A program made the translations under genes and the position numbers. Under the pieces are notes generated by a model. That model was given only the letters and a program-made list of their open reading frames with translations. It was not told the origin of the DNA and searched no databases. From Epithemia pelagica (taxonomy: Eukaryota > Protista > Bacillariophyta), in assembly GCA_946965045.2 (NCBI GenBank), contig OX337229.1:1426001-1490000 (forward strand): a stretch of 64,000 nucleotides of DNA, in the 5' to 3' direction. The first letter of the stretch is position 1. The number at the start of each line of letters is the position of its first letter. Positions 1 to 12,200 of the stretch are shown here, piece by piece.

Positions 1-96
1 GTTTTAAACGATTTCGTCGGTGTCCCTCAGTCCACTTCAACTTGTGGACCCAATGAAATCAATACTAATTGGTACATACTCTGGCAAGTTCTCTTC

Positions 97-927
97 GTGA
101 TTCACCAGTTTGCGTCTATATACTGTGGCGAGGATAAAGTTTTGGGAACTCTTTGCGATCGATTAAACATTCCGATGGACGTGGCCGAATCAGCATTCTC
201 GCGGGGAATCAAAGGCACCTCTCAATACTTTAAGATTCATTGTGAACGAGAGTGCAAGCTTCGGCTCAAGAGAGTCTTGGACCTGCCGAGGTCGGTCAAA
301 GTCACGAATGGCAATTCCGATGACTTGGTGTCGTATTCTGGTAATGGAAGGCATCGCCGAGGCCGAAGAAATGTGGTAGTCGAAAAGAACAAAGATGATG
401 CGCTTGTAAAGCAGAAGTCTGGGACGCCACGCCTTGGATCCAGGCCACAAGCAATATTTTTGCACGAAATAATTCCAGACGAACCACTTGAAGGTGGATG
501 GCCTCCTGGTTGGACAAAGAAGGTCTATGAGCGCGCTTCAGGGAAAACGAAAGGCGACAGAGATCGATATTGGTATTCACCAGTAAACAAATACAAGTTC
601 CGTTCTATGGTCGAAGTGCGCAAGTATTTAGAGTTACTGCAGAAGACAAGTGGTGATGAAGATGAGGCTTGGGCTATTTTCAAGAACAAGAAGAGCTTAC
701 GGGTCCCGCCAGACCAAAACAGACCACTGCCTCAGCTGGAAAATCTCAATGGGATGGCGTTTCAGTTTCCTATCACCCATGGCCAGTCACAGAGAATGGA
801 GGAAATTGCTGTCGATTCTTCGACTTTCAGTTTTCCTGTTACCCATGGTCAGTCAGAGAGCATGGACTATATTCAAGGCCCAGTTACGGTGGACTGGCCA
901 GGCTTGGGGGATCCTCTTCTACGTTAG
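97..927 (+). CDS. Methyl-CpG-binding domain (MBD) protein, 5'-partial (last exon probably starts at 109)
   Basis: MBD-like block WPPGWTKKVYERASGKTKGDRDRYWYSPVNKYKFRSMVEVRKYL. The ORF starts at GTG just before a plausible acceptor (caccag, 103-108), so the 5' exons probably lie upstream. Confidence 0.75.
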   Translation: MIHQFASIYCGEDKVLGTLCDRLNIPMDVAESAFSRGIKGTSQYFKIHCERECKLRLKRVLDLPRSVKVTNGNSDDLVSYSGNGRHRRGRRNVVVEKNKDDALVKQKSGTPRLGSRPQAIFLHEIIPDEPLEGGWPPGWTKKVYERASGKTKGDRDRYWYSPVNKYKFRSMVEVRKYLELLQKTSGDEDEAWAIFKNKKSLRVPPDQNRPLPQLENLNGMAFQFPITHGQSQRMEEIAVDSSTFSFPVTHGQSESMDYIQGPVTVDWPGLGDPLLR

Positions 928-1112
928 ATTGTTGGTGAGAAAACTGTGAGAGTAGAAAAGTATCAACCGTCGTCGAAATTTGTGTGCTCGACTTAAGGAG
1001 CAAATAGTCACCAACAATTGTCCGCCTATGGAGAACAACCCCATTATGTCTTCAAACTCTCGACCAGCTTGTATAGCAACTGCTCCAAGCTGCTCGGCCG
1101 AAAACAGAAACA

Positions 1113-2890
1113 CTAAGTAAACAATCGCTTCTGAGTGACTGGGGATATAGAATCAATGATATCCAAGAGCTGGATCATGCGGCACCGAGTTCTGGCTAAA
1201 GAGTTTATCCGTTTTTTGACCAGCAGTAGCTCTTCCGTCGACAGAACATTGCTCTGCAATTGTCTCCCCATTTGTTTCTGTTGCTCCATATGTCTTAACT
1301 TCGAGAAGACAACGTGCCAAAGAAGGTCGATGTCATCCTGAACCTGAGAGTTTTGTCCAGGACTTTCCGCGGAATCTGAACTTGCTACTGTGTTTTCTAT
1401 GTCGTCTACTTCACCCATTGCTTCAACTTCAGCTCGCAGCTTCGCGACACCGTGGTGAAGATTTGCATCATTTAACCAATTATGGTTGATCGACAAAGTA
1501 TCCTCTAAATTTTCAACTGTGTGAAACCATCTGTGCCGGTTGTTGTTTCGTGAATGAGAAAGAAGTCGTCAGATTCCTTTCATCCTTTTGGCGTAGAAGA
1601 CAAGGGGTTCTTTACCTTGATGGGACGAATATGGTTTCCCCTTGCTCCTGATACACTTGAATCGCGTATTTTCTTGCCTGCATGGAAGATTTGCAAACGT
1701 CGTGTGAGTGATGACAGAAACAATGGGACGTGTATATGAAGGGAGGCAGACAAGACTTTATCGATTTCTTTACGCACCTTGGCAAGACCAGGAAACAAAA
1801 CGTTGGTCGTCGCACCGTCGCTTTGGTCAATGCTGTCAACATGGAGGTCGGCAAACAAATGTGTCGCCAGGCTTATGCCAAAGCAGTCGTACAGCAGATA
1901 TGTACATTGAGGCGGTACGAGATACCACAGCTTCCTCCCAGAGACGTTTGCTGACCAAGAAAACGAATTCAAAACATCGACATGAAGTACAGTACTCGTT
2001 CCGGCTGCCAATGATCGAGGCCCGACAATGAGTCGAACAGTTATTGGAGAGGTGAGAGGCATGACAACGGACAAGGTTGAACTCTCTGTCGAAAACATGT
2101 AACAGATCGGTCTGCACATACCTGGACCAAGGTACACAAATTTGTAGGCATGTCCCATCGCTTGGTTTAGCCAGTCGTCACGAAAGTAGATGGGCCATTC
2201 GTATGCGTTATAATCGGTGTGCGCGGCAACAAATTTCCAATCCTTTAAATATAAGAGTGGTTCTAGCGACGATGTTGTTGAAGCTTTGTCACGTCGATTC
2301 ATTTCCTTGTAGGAGAACCACCAGTCGGTATATTCCTTTACCGTCATATCACGTAGAGGACATGGCCTCGTGGGTCCAAATCCCTTTTGTTTTTGACGAT
2401 AAACAGGGACAAAGTCATTTCCAAACTCTTGCAGCAGATATTCCATATTTGGAACAACTTTTCCGTCCTTGTGTGTGCATGTCCACTCTTTCGATGCCCT
2501 CCATGTGTCGGTAATGCCTTGAATCATTACGGGTATGTTGGGGTACATGAATTCTCTCGTGAAGCGTTCGTACGTCAGGTCTTGACAATGAACACGATGT
2601 ATTTCCGTTCTGCTTCGAGACGAATCTTCCATCATTTGACTACTCAGATCGATCGCGTCCTCATTTTTTCCGCTTTGTGCGTCGGCTTGAAGGTGGTTAT
2701 CCATCAACCCCATCACGTACAAGCCCAATCGATCTGCACGACCATCAAAGAAGGGAGCAGCAAGTCCGGAATCATCGGTGCCTCCACTGGTCCATAAGGA
2801 GTGCACCAGCCGCCCCACCTTCTGTCTGATAAGGCTTTCCGACTCGGACAAGAGGTCGTCGTCGTCTTTGCTACATACCATGGCCTTCAC
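1113..2890 (-). CDS. JMJD4: JmjC-domain 2OG/Fe(II) oxygenase, JMJD4-like; multi-exon
   Basis: Motifs YLKDW and LHVDVLNSFSWSANVSGRKLW. Splicing out 1615..1532 joins GETIFVPSR to WFHTVENLEDTLSINHNW, completing the HxD...H triad, so ORF 1113..1496 is the last exon. Confidence 0.85.
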
Positions 2891-2991
2891 TCTAGAGAAG
2901 AATTTTTGTGAGATGAGCGGCTGACGGTATTCGCGACTAACAGGATTGGGCGATCCATCTCCGAAGATACCCCATCAGCCGTATCTTTTGT

Positions 2992-3696
2992 TTGCCATGG
3001 GACTTTTGTACGGGCAGAAGTGCATCCGGCAGAAGAAGGATCATGGTGTCGTCATGGCTCAGCCTTATCGTCCTTTTCATAGGTTTTATATCATGGAAGG
3101 ATGCGGCATCAGGCTTACTGCTTAACTGGAAAATGGCAAAGACAGGTCGCCAATACGGTTGGATCATCCGTCATCGCCAATATAGTGTTAAACACCACTC
3201 CCAACCGTGGTCAAGGTCTACGACGACCAGGTTCTGGTCCCTATCTCCAATGACTTCTCATGACAATACTCCAAAAGACGAGAGGGAATATGCAAAGACC
3301 GCATCTGACATGAGCTCGATTTCACCTCGAACCCCTGATCGGACCGATGCCTTTCAACGTATCTTTCTACTATGGGGCTTGTCCGCGCTGGTGTTATGGT
3401 CTCCCATGGAGACACACGCAGAACCCATCGCAATGGTCGGGCAACCAAGCAGCCTTACACTGGCAACCCCATCACCCCTCGATGATGCTTCTTTGTTGGA
3501 TGCCTTTGGATCGCAATTAATGATGCCCAGCGGCACCAGTGGCAGTACACCTGGCATGACATCCAGCAACAACAACAATGGCAAGGGATCAGACACCACT
3601 GGAGATTCAAGCACGGGTACAGGTCAGAGTGATTTGGGCAGTGCGCTGCAAGAGATGCAACTACGTAAGAGGATTGATCCTCGAACACATGGTTAA
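2992..3696 (+). CDS. Hypothetical protein with hydrophobic leader(s), possibly plastid/thylakoid targeted
   Basis: 234-aa ORF with a hydrophobic N-terminal stretch and a second hydrophobic segment ending THA-EP. No recognised domain. Confidence 0.55.
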   Translation: MPWDFCTGRSASGRRRIMVSSWLSLIVLFIGFISWKDAASGLLLNWKMAKTGRQYGWIIRHRQYSVKHHSQPWSRSTTTRFWSLSPMTSHDNTPKDEREYAKTASDMSSISPRTPDRTDAFQRIFLLWGLSALVLWSPMETHAEPIAMVGQPSSLTLATPSPLDDASLLDAFGSQLMMPSGTSGSTPGMTSSNNNNGKGSDTTGDSSTGTGQSDLGSALQEMQLRKRIDPRTHG

Positions 3697-3890
3697 GCTT
3701 TTTTAGAGCAGTACAGTACGTAGTCATCGTTTATCCAACGGAAACAACTCCGAGCTTCGAACTGTATTCATGCATCCAAAGGATGCCTGTTGGTCCAAAA
3801 TAGTGCGGACTCAGAAAATGTCCACACAAAAAGACGCCCATTCTATCTCCCATCCACACCGATGTCCCACTAATTATTCTAGCTGCTCGT

Positions 3891-5522
3891 CTATTGCGAG
3901 CTTGGTTCTGGGTCGTCCGTCTCTCCTGTTCCCCCTTCATTGCCTTCTTTGGCAGCTCTTCGAGCTGCACGACGCGCTAATTTCCGTGATCGTTTCAATT
4001 CTGCTGGATTCATTTCGGATTCTGGTTTCGTTTGCCATGTCGGTTCCTTCGAAGGTACAACGAGAGCTTTCTTGGTTTCTTGTTCCTCCGACTCATTTTG
4101 TGTTGCATTATCGTCAAATCGAATGTGGCTGCCCTTCGACGACGGCGAGGATACTTTCTGCAATTGCTCTTTACTTTGTCGGCTGCCATGTTCCTCGCTG
4201 TTTTTGGACCGTTTGCGTGTTTGCAGTCGTTCTCTACGTTGCTTTCTCTGTTCAATAGATGCGTTTTCTTGCTGCACCATGGCTGTGGATTGTAGACTCA
4301 CCGTGATGCGTTTCTGAGATCGATCAATTTCAACGACCCGTGCATTTGGAACGACATCGCCCGACTTAAACAGAGCCTCGGGAGATTCCACATAGTCGTC
4401 GCGGAGACGGCTGACATGACAAAAGGCATCTGAGTGACATCCAATGTCCAAGAAGATTCCAAATGGTTTGACATATATCACAGTGCCTTCACAGGTTTGA
4501 CCCACTACAAAGTCTGTCACAGGCTTTCTTCCAATACAGTAACGTTGTTTCTTGTTATTATCTGTAGAATCCATGGTCTCATCGGGTGGAGGGCTCACTT
4601 CATCCTTTTTCTCGACGGTTACCACTTGGTCGTTGGTCGTTTCACCTGCGCTTGGACTTGTAGTTGAACTTTTTGGTTGTACTTCGTTCGCAGAAGAGCA
4701 GGCCAACGATGTGTCTTGTCGACCGCGCCTACGTCGACCTCGTTGGCGCTTGGGGAGTGCTGGTTCACCGTGGACGCTTTCATCACTATCACTATCGTTG
4801 GTGGGAACCTTGCCCTTGTGACTTTCATCACTAGTTCCATCACGAGGTAGAGTGGTGTTTTCAGCAATTTTGGGGTGAGACCCAGAGACTTCGCCCGGTG
4901 TATGGTCAATTTTAGTTTCATTTGAGTCAGAGACGTGTGAGACCTTTTCATCACCAGATATTCTAGACTTTTTGGGCTTGGGGGTTGATTCAATGTCATG
5001 ATTTGATACTCTGGTAGGTTTCGGTTTCGGTAGTACTGTGTCTTCGTTATCAAGATCTAAATTCTCTGTCTGTGATGGTGGATGAACTCGGTTTGCTTTT
5101 TTTCGGTCCTCCCATTGCTTTATTTCAAATAAAATCTCTTGTTTCCGATCATCCACGGAATCTCCCTCTGTCGTCGACGAGGAAAGCACTTGTTCCAACT
5201 TTCGCTTCAAATGTTTTGGTTTTTGAAACTTTTTGGTCTTCTTCTGGGATGCGGTCAATCTCTTTTCGTCAGGACGCTTGTGTCGAACGTTACGCGTTGT
5301 GGGAGCTTTTCTAGATTTGCCGGTTGCCCTCACAGGAGCTGGTGGGTCCTTCTCAGGGGAATGACTCAGTCTCTGGAGCCGTCGGCGTTCTTTGGCGCCG
5401 CTGCCTCCCATGGCGATGATAAGAAGAGAAAGGAAAAGGAGAGCAGAAATGCATGCCAACGGAAATGGATGGTTCCGAACTCCGAACCAGTTCAGATCTT
5501 GGAAAAAAAATTTGAAATTCAA
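3891..5522 (-). CDS. S1 RNA-binding domain protein (true start probably MGGSG near 5411)
   Basis: S1 motif GQTCEGTVIYVKPFGIFLDIGCHSDAFCHVSRL...VVEIDRSQKRITVSL within Lys/Arg-rich low-complexity flanks. Confidence 0.85.
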   Translation of the reverse strand: MNFKFFFQDLNWFGVRNHPFPLACISALLFLSLLIIAMGGSGAKERRRLQRLSHSPEKDPPAPVRATGKSRKAPTTRNVRHKRPDEKRLTASQKKTKKFQKPKHLKRKLEQVLSSSTTEGDSVDDRKQEILFEIKQWEDRKKANRVHPPSQTENLDLDNEDTVLPKPKPTRVSNHDIESTPKPKKSRISGDEKVSHVSDSNETKIDHTPGEVSGSHPKIAENTTLPRDGTSDESHKGKVPTNDSDSDESVHGEPALPKRQRGRRRRGRQDTSLACSSANEVQPKSSTTSPSAGETTNDQVVTVEKKDEVSPPPDETMDSTDNNKKQRYCIGRKPVTDFVVGQTCEGTVIYVKPFGIFLDIGCHSDAFCHVSRLRDDYVESPEALFKSGDVVPNARVVEIDRSQKRITVSLQSTAMVQQENASIEQRKQRRERLQTRKRSKNSEEHGSRQSKEQLQKVSSPSSKGSHIRFDDNATQNESEEQETKKALVVPSKEPTWQTKPESEMNPAELKRSRKLARRAARRAAKEGNEGGTGETDDPEPSSQ

Positions 5523-5644
5523 AGTGGTCGCACTAAAGTCGACGTTTGGGGCGGATTTTCACGTTTGCCCCCGCACCAAAATGCACAATGATACATGAGA
5601 TCTGCACAAAATCGTCGTCTTTAGTTCATTTGTTTTTGTAAATC

Positions 5645-6703
5645 ATGCCTCATCAACGGTTCCCCAAAGTCGAGGTGCTTTCCCTAACTCCCCATGAGAT
5701 CAAATTCGTCTTGTCCGAAACGGATTGCAGCATGGCTAATACGCTACGACGGATTATGATTGGGGAAGTTCCTACCTTGGCCATTGATTTGGTGGAATTT
5801 CACGAGAATTCGACAGTACTCAACGATGAATATATTGCGCATCGACTGGGTTTGATTCCCCTCCGATACACACCACAATTAGATGGAACGGGAGCGGCGG
5901 CCTCGGGTGGCGGAGCAGACGATGCCTTTCTCGGACAATCACATCACAATAGCATAGGCAGCGATGTGCAAGATGCCTTTGCTCCACATTATGAATGCCA
6001 ATGTTACGAACACTGTCCAAGATGCTCGGTAGAATTCGATTTGAACGTATCTTACAATCCCAATACAATTGGAGGAGGTGATGATGGGATGGATGGTGCA
6101 GGAGACGTGCTGGCCCCCCTGACGGTGACAAGTCGAGATTTAATTAGCAACAACGATCTAGTTCAACCAGCTCATTTCCTATCGGTTGACGAAGAGCAAG
6201 AAGCACAAGATGAAGGAATTGCCATTGTCAAAATGGGACCTGGTCAAACGTTGAAAATTAAGGCAGTTGCTCGCACAGGAATTCTCAAGGAGCATTCCAA
6301 ATGGTCTCCGGTTGCCGTGGCTACATATCGCTTCTGGCCGGATATCCAAATCAACCACGAACAAATGTCCTCACTGACAATGGAACAGAAACAGACACTT
6401 GTACAGGCGTGTCCTGATCGCATTCTTGAACTGGACGACATTACTGGACATGTTCAACCTGTGGAAAATGCCTGGGACATTGCCACCTACACCGAAGACT
6501 TGCACTATGCTCAAGAGGCTCTTAAAAAACGACCCGAGGATCCGGATTTTGTGCGTGTTGTACCAAGATTGGATAGGTTTATTTTCAATGTCGAATCTAC
6601 CGGAGCCATGGATGCACAGGAAATTGTCCTGGCTGCCTTGCGAGTGTTGAAGAAGCGCCTAACGTATCTTGCGTTGGAATTAGATAACTTAAAAGGTATG
6701 TAA
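5645..6703 (+). CDS. RPB3: DNA-directed RNA polymerase II subunit RPB3
   Basis: SMANTLRRIMIGEVPTLAID, LNDEYIAHRLGLIPL, Zn site CQC...CPRC, KEHSKWSPV, FIFNVESTG. Confidence 0.95.
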   Translation: MPHQRFPKVEVLSLTPHEIKFVLSETDCSMANTLRRIMIGEVPTLAIDLVEFHENSTVLNDEYIAHRLGLIPLRYTPQLDGTGAAASGGGADDAFLGQSHHNSIGSDVQDAFAPHYECQCYEHCPRCSVEFDLNVSYNPNTIGGGDDGMDGAGDVLAPLTVTSRDLISNNDLVQPAHFLSVDEEQEAQDEGIAIVKMGPGQTLKIKAVARTGILKEHSKWSPVAVATYRFWPDIQINHEQMSSLTMEQKQTLVQACPDRILELDDITGHVQPVENAWDIATYTEDLHYAQEALKKRPEDPDFVRVVPRLDRFIFNVESTGAMDAQEIVLAALRVLKKRLTYLALELDNLKGM

Positions 6704-6945
6704 AGACTAAGAAGGGATGCAATGGGACGTACTCGTAAGCATAGAATAGTGTTCAACCGGCACATCTCGTTCATAAAGGTTTTCAACGCCATCCCCATCG
6801 GTGAATGCGATGGTGCGCGCAGGTGTAACAAACAGTCGATCCGCACCCTCCTTGGCAAACCATTCCGTACACCCATAGATCGTACCCACAACGTTCGCAT
6901 TCACGACCGGACATACTTCGCCTTTGCCAATCATGAAAACAACCT

Positions 6946-8562
6946 TCATTGCCACGAAGAGCCCGCATGCCTCTTCCGTTCTTCGGGATCTACAACACGG
7001 GCCGCTGGAGCACGAGCTCGAGCAGCCGCAACACGACGAACAGGAGCAGCCAAATCCGCATCGACACGCAATTCGGCTGCTTGAATCAACCGACGCTCCT
7101 CCCATATCGGGCAATTTCCTGTTGAACAGGTTGCCAGATCATTGTTCCAGTCGGAAAGGCACCGGAAACAAAACTCGTGGGTGCAGTTCGAACAAGTCAT
7201 ATGAAAACATCCGTACGATAACTCAATCATGATAGAACATCGAGGACATTGCTTCCAGCCTTCACTCGCGGCAAGCTTGACGAGCTCATCATCGGTTGCC
7301 GATGTCGCTTGTTTGTTTTCCCTGCAGGTTAACGCAGGATGGGCCGCTGTTTTGCATTCGACGCAGAGTAACTGGCGACATTCACATAGAAGGATGGAAT
7401 CTGCACCCGGGTCTCGATCCACCAAATCGAGATTGATGAAACGGCTGCACTTGGGACAGTACATCTTGTTGATAGCCGTGACTTCTTGGGTACGAACGGC
7501 CAACAAAGCTTGTTCCGTAGGTCGCAACAGCATCTCGGACAGAGTTGACATCTCAATGGGGATTTCGCAACACTTGAGCGGAAGAAGTGATCGGTCATGA
7601 AGGGCAACCCGCAAATGTCGCGTCATACAGTCTACGCATTGGGAGTGATCACAAGCAAGCGTAAAACCCCTTTCTTTTTCGGCGTAACAAACATGGCACT
7701 GATCAATGAGCGGTAACTCTTGAAGTCTATTCCAGGCGGCGATCGCATGGCGTTGTCCTGTGGAGGGAACAGACACGTGGTTTCCCGCTGAGCTTCTTGT
7801 TGGAATCGCGGGTTCAGACTGACGTTCCGGTTGAGAGTAATCGTTTGTGCCTCGGTAGCGGGGAATAGGACGAGCAATTCCAGATGCAAAGGCTTTGCTT
7901 ACGTTAATCTGGTGCCTCACACATGCATCTATGCAAAGTTTAAAGAGGCTTGTTTCGTCCGATCCTATGGTGCTTGGTCTTGTGGAACGTCCCTGATTCT
8001 GAAACTGCAAGGCCACCGAGTGGTCGTAGACGCTCATAATGGACAAGGCATCCAAACGAGCTTGCTCTTCTTGGGCGGTGTCTGCATCTTCGTAACTTTG
8101 CAAGTTAGAAGACATATTGCCATTACTGTGCAGTCGAAGGGCGTAGAGATGGTCCGACGAACTCTGGACTTGCTTCTGATAATCGCTCTTGAGAACTTCT
8201 ATAACGGCAGAATCAACTTTAGTACTTGTAGACAAGTTCTCTTGTGCGTTCATTGATTCCAAGCCTGTAATTTCTGTTCGGTGCAATAGAAGGGCTGCCG
8301 TGTGATCAATTGTTTGCTGCTGCTTTTGCAAGGTTTCGATGCGATCCCACAAGTACCGCCGCGCCGGAAGGGATGCGATCCCCAATTCGGTACGAAGTTC
8401 ATCTTTTCGAAGAGTCACTAACGTGGGACCATCCACCTCATTGTCACTCAAGGCATCTACAACCACAGGTGATAGTCGAGCTCGTTGCGCCCATTCTAAC
8501 ACCTGCTGGGCCGACCAGTGGGACGGCATGGGATGTTGATTCGTCATCGTCCCTTTGGCCAA
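6946..8562 (-). CDS. SAM-domain RBR (RING-IBR-RING) E3 ubiquitin ligase; probable C-terminal continuation 6783..6968 in the +1 frame
   Basis: N-terminal SAM (WSAQQVLEW...NEVDGPTL...LRTELGI), RING1 CHVC..CDHSQCVDC, IBR YCPKC..LCVECK..H, RING2 CPRC...GCFHMTCSNCTHEFCFRC. Confidence 0.9.
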   Translation of the reverse strand: MAKGTMTNQHPMPSHWSAQQVLEWAQRARLSPVVVDALSDNEVDGPTLVTLRKDELRTELGIASLPARRYLWDRIETLQKQQQTIDHTAALLLHRTEITGLESMNAQENLSTSTKVDSAVIEVLKSDYQKQVQSSSDHLYALRLHSNGNMSSNLQSYEDADTAQEEQARLDALSIMSVYDHSVALQFQNQGRSTRPSTIGSDETSLFKLCIDACVRHQINVSKAFASGIARPIPRYRGTNDYSQPERQSEPAIPTRSSAGNHVSVPSTGQRHAIAAWNRLQELPLIDQCHVCYAEKERGFTLACDHSQCVDCMTRHLRVALHDRSLLPLKCCEIPIEMSTLSEMLLRPTEQALLAVRTQEVTAINKMYCPKCSRFINLDLVDRDPGADSILLCECRQLLCVECKTAAHPALTCRENKQATSATDDELVKLAASEGWKQCPRCSIMIELSYGCFHMTCSNCTHEFCFRCLSDWNNDLATCSTGNCPIWEERRLIQAAELRVDADLAAPVRRVAAARARAPAARVVDPEERKRHAGSSWQ

Positions 8563-9220
8563 ATCGAGTTTGGATGTTCCGGTAAGGATTTGTGCGAGGG
8601 AGGTGCTTTTCCATGAAAATCTGTAAATTCACGGTCAGAGGTGCATGACGTAGACAGACATAGCCATAAAGAGAAATTTTCGAGGGAAATCTCACTGGCT
8701 ACTTCTAGTCTTCCCCCGAAAAGTGGATAATATTTCATCTTGAGAGGGCCGTTTTGATGCAAGAGAATAATATATATAAGATGACCGATGTAGGTGCATG
8801 AAAAGAGGATTGCGGTGAAAGAGGACTGTAGTGCCTCTGACTGTGTAGAGCAGACTTGGGTCCACATTGCATATTCCCCATAGTATCCACAAAGATGATT
8901 CGATGATCAAAAGTGATTCTCCGTTGTCTTTGCTTTGGAACACCAGATTCGTCAAACTACAATGTATTTCACAACTCGCACCATTGTGATTTTGCATCAT
9001 CGAAAGTCGGAAGTGTTGGCATGAAGCATGAACTTCTCCGCGCAGGCCCATGACGCTGCACGCGAGCACCATCCCAGATCGGGCGATAGACGAACGCAGC
9101 GGCGCAGATCCAATAAAAAAGATCCGCCATCATGAGAATGAGACAACGCGCTGCCAAGCTCATCAAACCTTGTCGCTGGGCTGTAACACTGTAACGTCAT
9201 AACTACAAACTCCAGACAGA

Positions 9221-12200
9221 ATGGATCACACCTATCTACGCTACGAATGTGCCGACAGCTTTGGTTTGGCGGTATCTTCGGCATCCTCCAAAGCACCACA
9301 CTCCAATTCGTGTGTGGCATTTCTCGGGAACCATGGGAGGCACTCACACCGGCCGACGACCACTACACCCACGCTACTAACGACAGCGGGGAGCTATTGC
9401 ATGGGGTGGAGCCTCCGGACGTGTCAACCAATTCTTCGACTGGCACATCGAGAGCAATTGACGGGTGGAGTTGGCACAGGTCGAGCTCTCAACAGCGACG
9501 AAATTGTGTGTATCGATGTGTCCCTGCCGGAAGAAGAACACGGTGAATCGGGTGGTGCCAGGGTGGCCACGGGATGGGTCGACGGTGCCATTCGAATATT
9601 TGATTTGACCGCAGAAGAAGTGGACAATCCGAGACAACAGCATCAACTTGGGTTGACGCATTCACTGTTGTTTCACAACTCGGACCAAAACGACGACGAC
9701 AACGACGATGACGAATTTGTAAGCCGAGAACCACTGGTACTGAATGGACACGGTCAATCTCCGGTTCGTTCTATATGCTTTGATTCCGCTAATCCATCTC
9801 GGTTGGCGTCTGGCGGTAGTGATGGATCAGTTGTCTTGTGGGATGTTGTTGCAGAAGTGGGGATCTTTCGATTGCTGGGCCATCGAGGAGGAATCACCGA
9901 CCTTGCATTTGTGTCCATTTCGGACAATAGCTTGAGCAGTTCCAAAGTGGATGCCCTCATCACGAGTAGTTTGGATGGACTCATTAAAGTGTGGGATCTG
10001 AATGCACAGTGTTGTACACAAACCATTGCCAGTCAACGAGGAGAAGTATGGACGGCAGCTTGTCGAAATCTTTCATCTCCATACAATACACGAGATGACG
10101 GTAAGGACGATGACGAAACCCATAGTCGTTGGCGACTGATTTCGGGAGGGAGTGATGGCCAAGTACGTGTCTGGTCCGTTGAAACACCGCAGAGACTCCA
10201 GTCGGCCATGGACGATGAGTCCGCCCAGAACAACGCCGACACAGAACAACAAAAGCGTGCCGAGGACGATGTCTGTCGTTTCATGGGATGTCTTCTTCCA
10301 CCTCCAAACATGTCATCGCGATCATCTGAAAAGGTACTGACGATTAGGTATCATCCTTCTGGTCAGTACGTGGGTGTTTTGCGGGCCAACTCCAAAGATG
10401 TGGATGTCTTCAAGGTTCGAACAGTGAACGAAACAAATAAGAAACGACAACGGAGATTGCGGCGGCGTAAAGACAAAGCAGAGAAACAACAAAATGTGGA
10501 TTCTACGAACAAAGGAAGGAAACGGGGACTTTTGGACGATCCCGAAGATGAAGAAGACGATGACAAGAATGGCGATCAAGTGGATTCACGCGAGGTGGTA
10601 GATCCTGAACAAATCAAAGCATCGGATGAATTTGAATGGATCGCTATGGTCGGCTTCAGTCATAAAGTGCGAAGCTTTGCGTTTGTTCCCGGTAACGTGA
10701 AAGGTGAACTGGCACGTCTTGTTGGTGCCTTGTCCACCAACTCACTCGAAACACACAGAATTGTCCGCCGCAAAACGAATGACACATCCTCCCAGATTTC
10801 CGGAGGGTTTGTGACATCCTCCGAAAAGCTCTCGGCGTCCATTGACATGTATGGCCACCCGACCGGAATACGGGGTGTTGCATTGTCCTCCGATGATGCT
10901 CTAGCTTGTACCGTCTCGAAAAGCTCCACCAAAATATGGAATGTGAAATCTCGATCGTTAATTCAGTCACTCGATGCGCGAGTGTCGTCGCACGGAAAGA
11001 ACAAAAGCAGTGGGTGCTATGGACTTTGTACAGCGTTTCTCCCAGGAAATGGCCATGTCTTGATTGGAACGAGGGAGGGTCATTTGCTCATTGTTGACAT
11101 TGCATCTGGAGATACTGTCTTTGCCGAAGAGTCAGCGCACGACGGACCTGTGTGGGCATTGAGTGTGAAGCCACCATCTGCTTCAGATAACTCAGTCGTC
11201 GTGATGACGGGTTCCGCGGACAAATCTGTCAAATTCTGGACGATCGAAGAACAAGAGGCAAACGGTGACGCTCCCATGCTTGTACATCAACGGACTCTAC
11301 AAATGTCGGATGACGTGGTTGCAGTGAAGTATTCATACTCATTGGACCCTTCAAAGCGATTTGTCTTTGTTGCCAGTCTCGATAGCACAATAAAAGTGTT
11401 CTTTGACGATTCATTGAAGCTCTTCCTCTCGCTTTACGGACATAAACTTCCTGTCCTAGCTTTCGATGCGAGCGATGACGACATGCTTCTGGCGTCAGGC
11501 GGGGCGGATAAGACAGTAAAAGTATGGGGGCTTGATTTTGGGGATACACATCGGACGCTTCATGGACACAAAGACTCAATCACTGACCTACGATTTGTCA
11601 AACGAACTCACAATTTCTTTACCTCAAGCAAAGATGGGACAGTACGTTTCTGGGATGCTGACCGCTTTCAGCAAATTCTGATCCTCGATGGACATACATC
11701 GGAAGTGAACTGTGTGGCAATCAATCGCACAGGGGCATTTGTACTGAGTGGAGGAATGGACCGGCAAGTTCGTGTCTGGGAAAGAACCCAAGATATCGTG
11801 TTCCTAGAAGAAGAACGGGAAAGGGAGCTAGATCAAATATTTGACAACGTCAATACACGAAACGAGGGAGGAACGGAAGGCATCCTGAGAAACAAAGACG
11901 AAGACGGTGACGCTGAAGCGAATGAGAATGAGCCTCAAAGCGAAGCTGCAGTGAAGAAAAGCATTGTAAGTGTATCGGCGGGAGATCGAATCATGGAAGC
12001 GTTGGAGCAAGCGGACCTAGAACGAAAAGAAAGACTGTTATTCAAGAGAAATAATCCTGGCCAAGAGAAGTCGCCTAATCCTTTGATGTTGGGCCTGGAA
12101 TCGGATCAATATATTCTATGGGTTCTCAAGTCTATAAAGAATGCGGAGCTTGAACAGAGCCTTCTCTTGCTTCCAATGAGGCACGTTGAACGTCTTTTCT

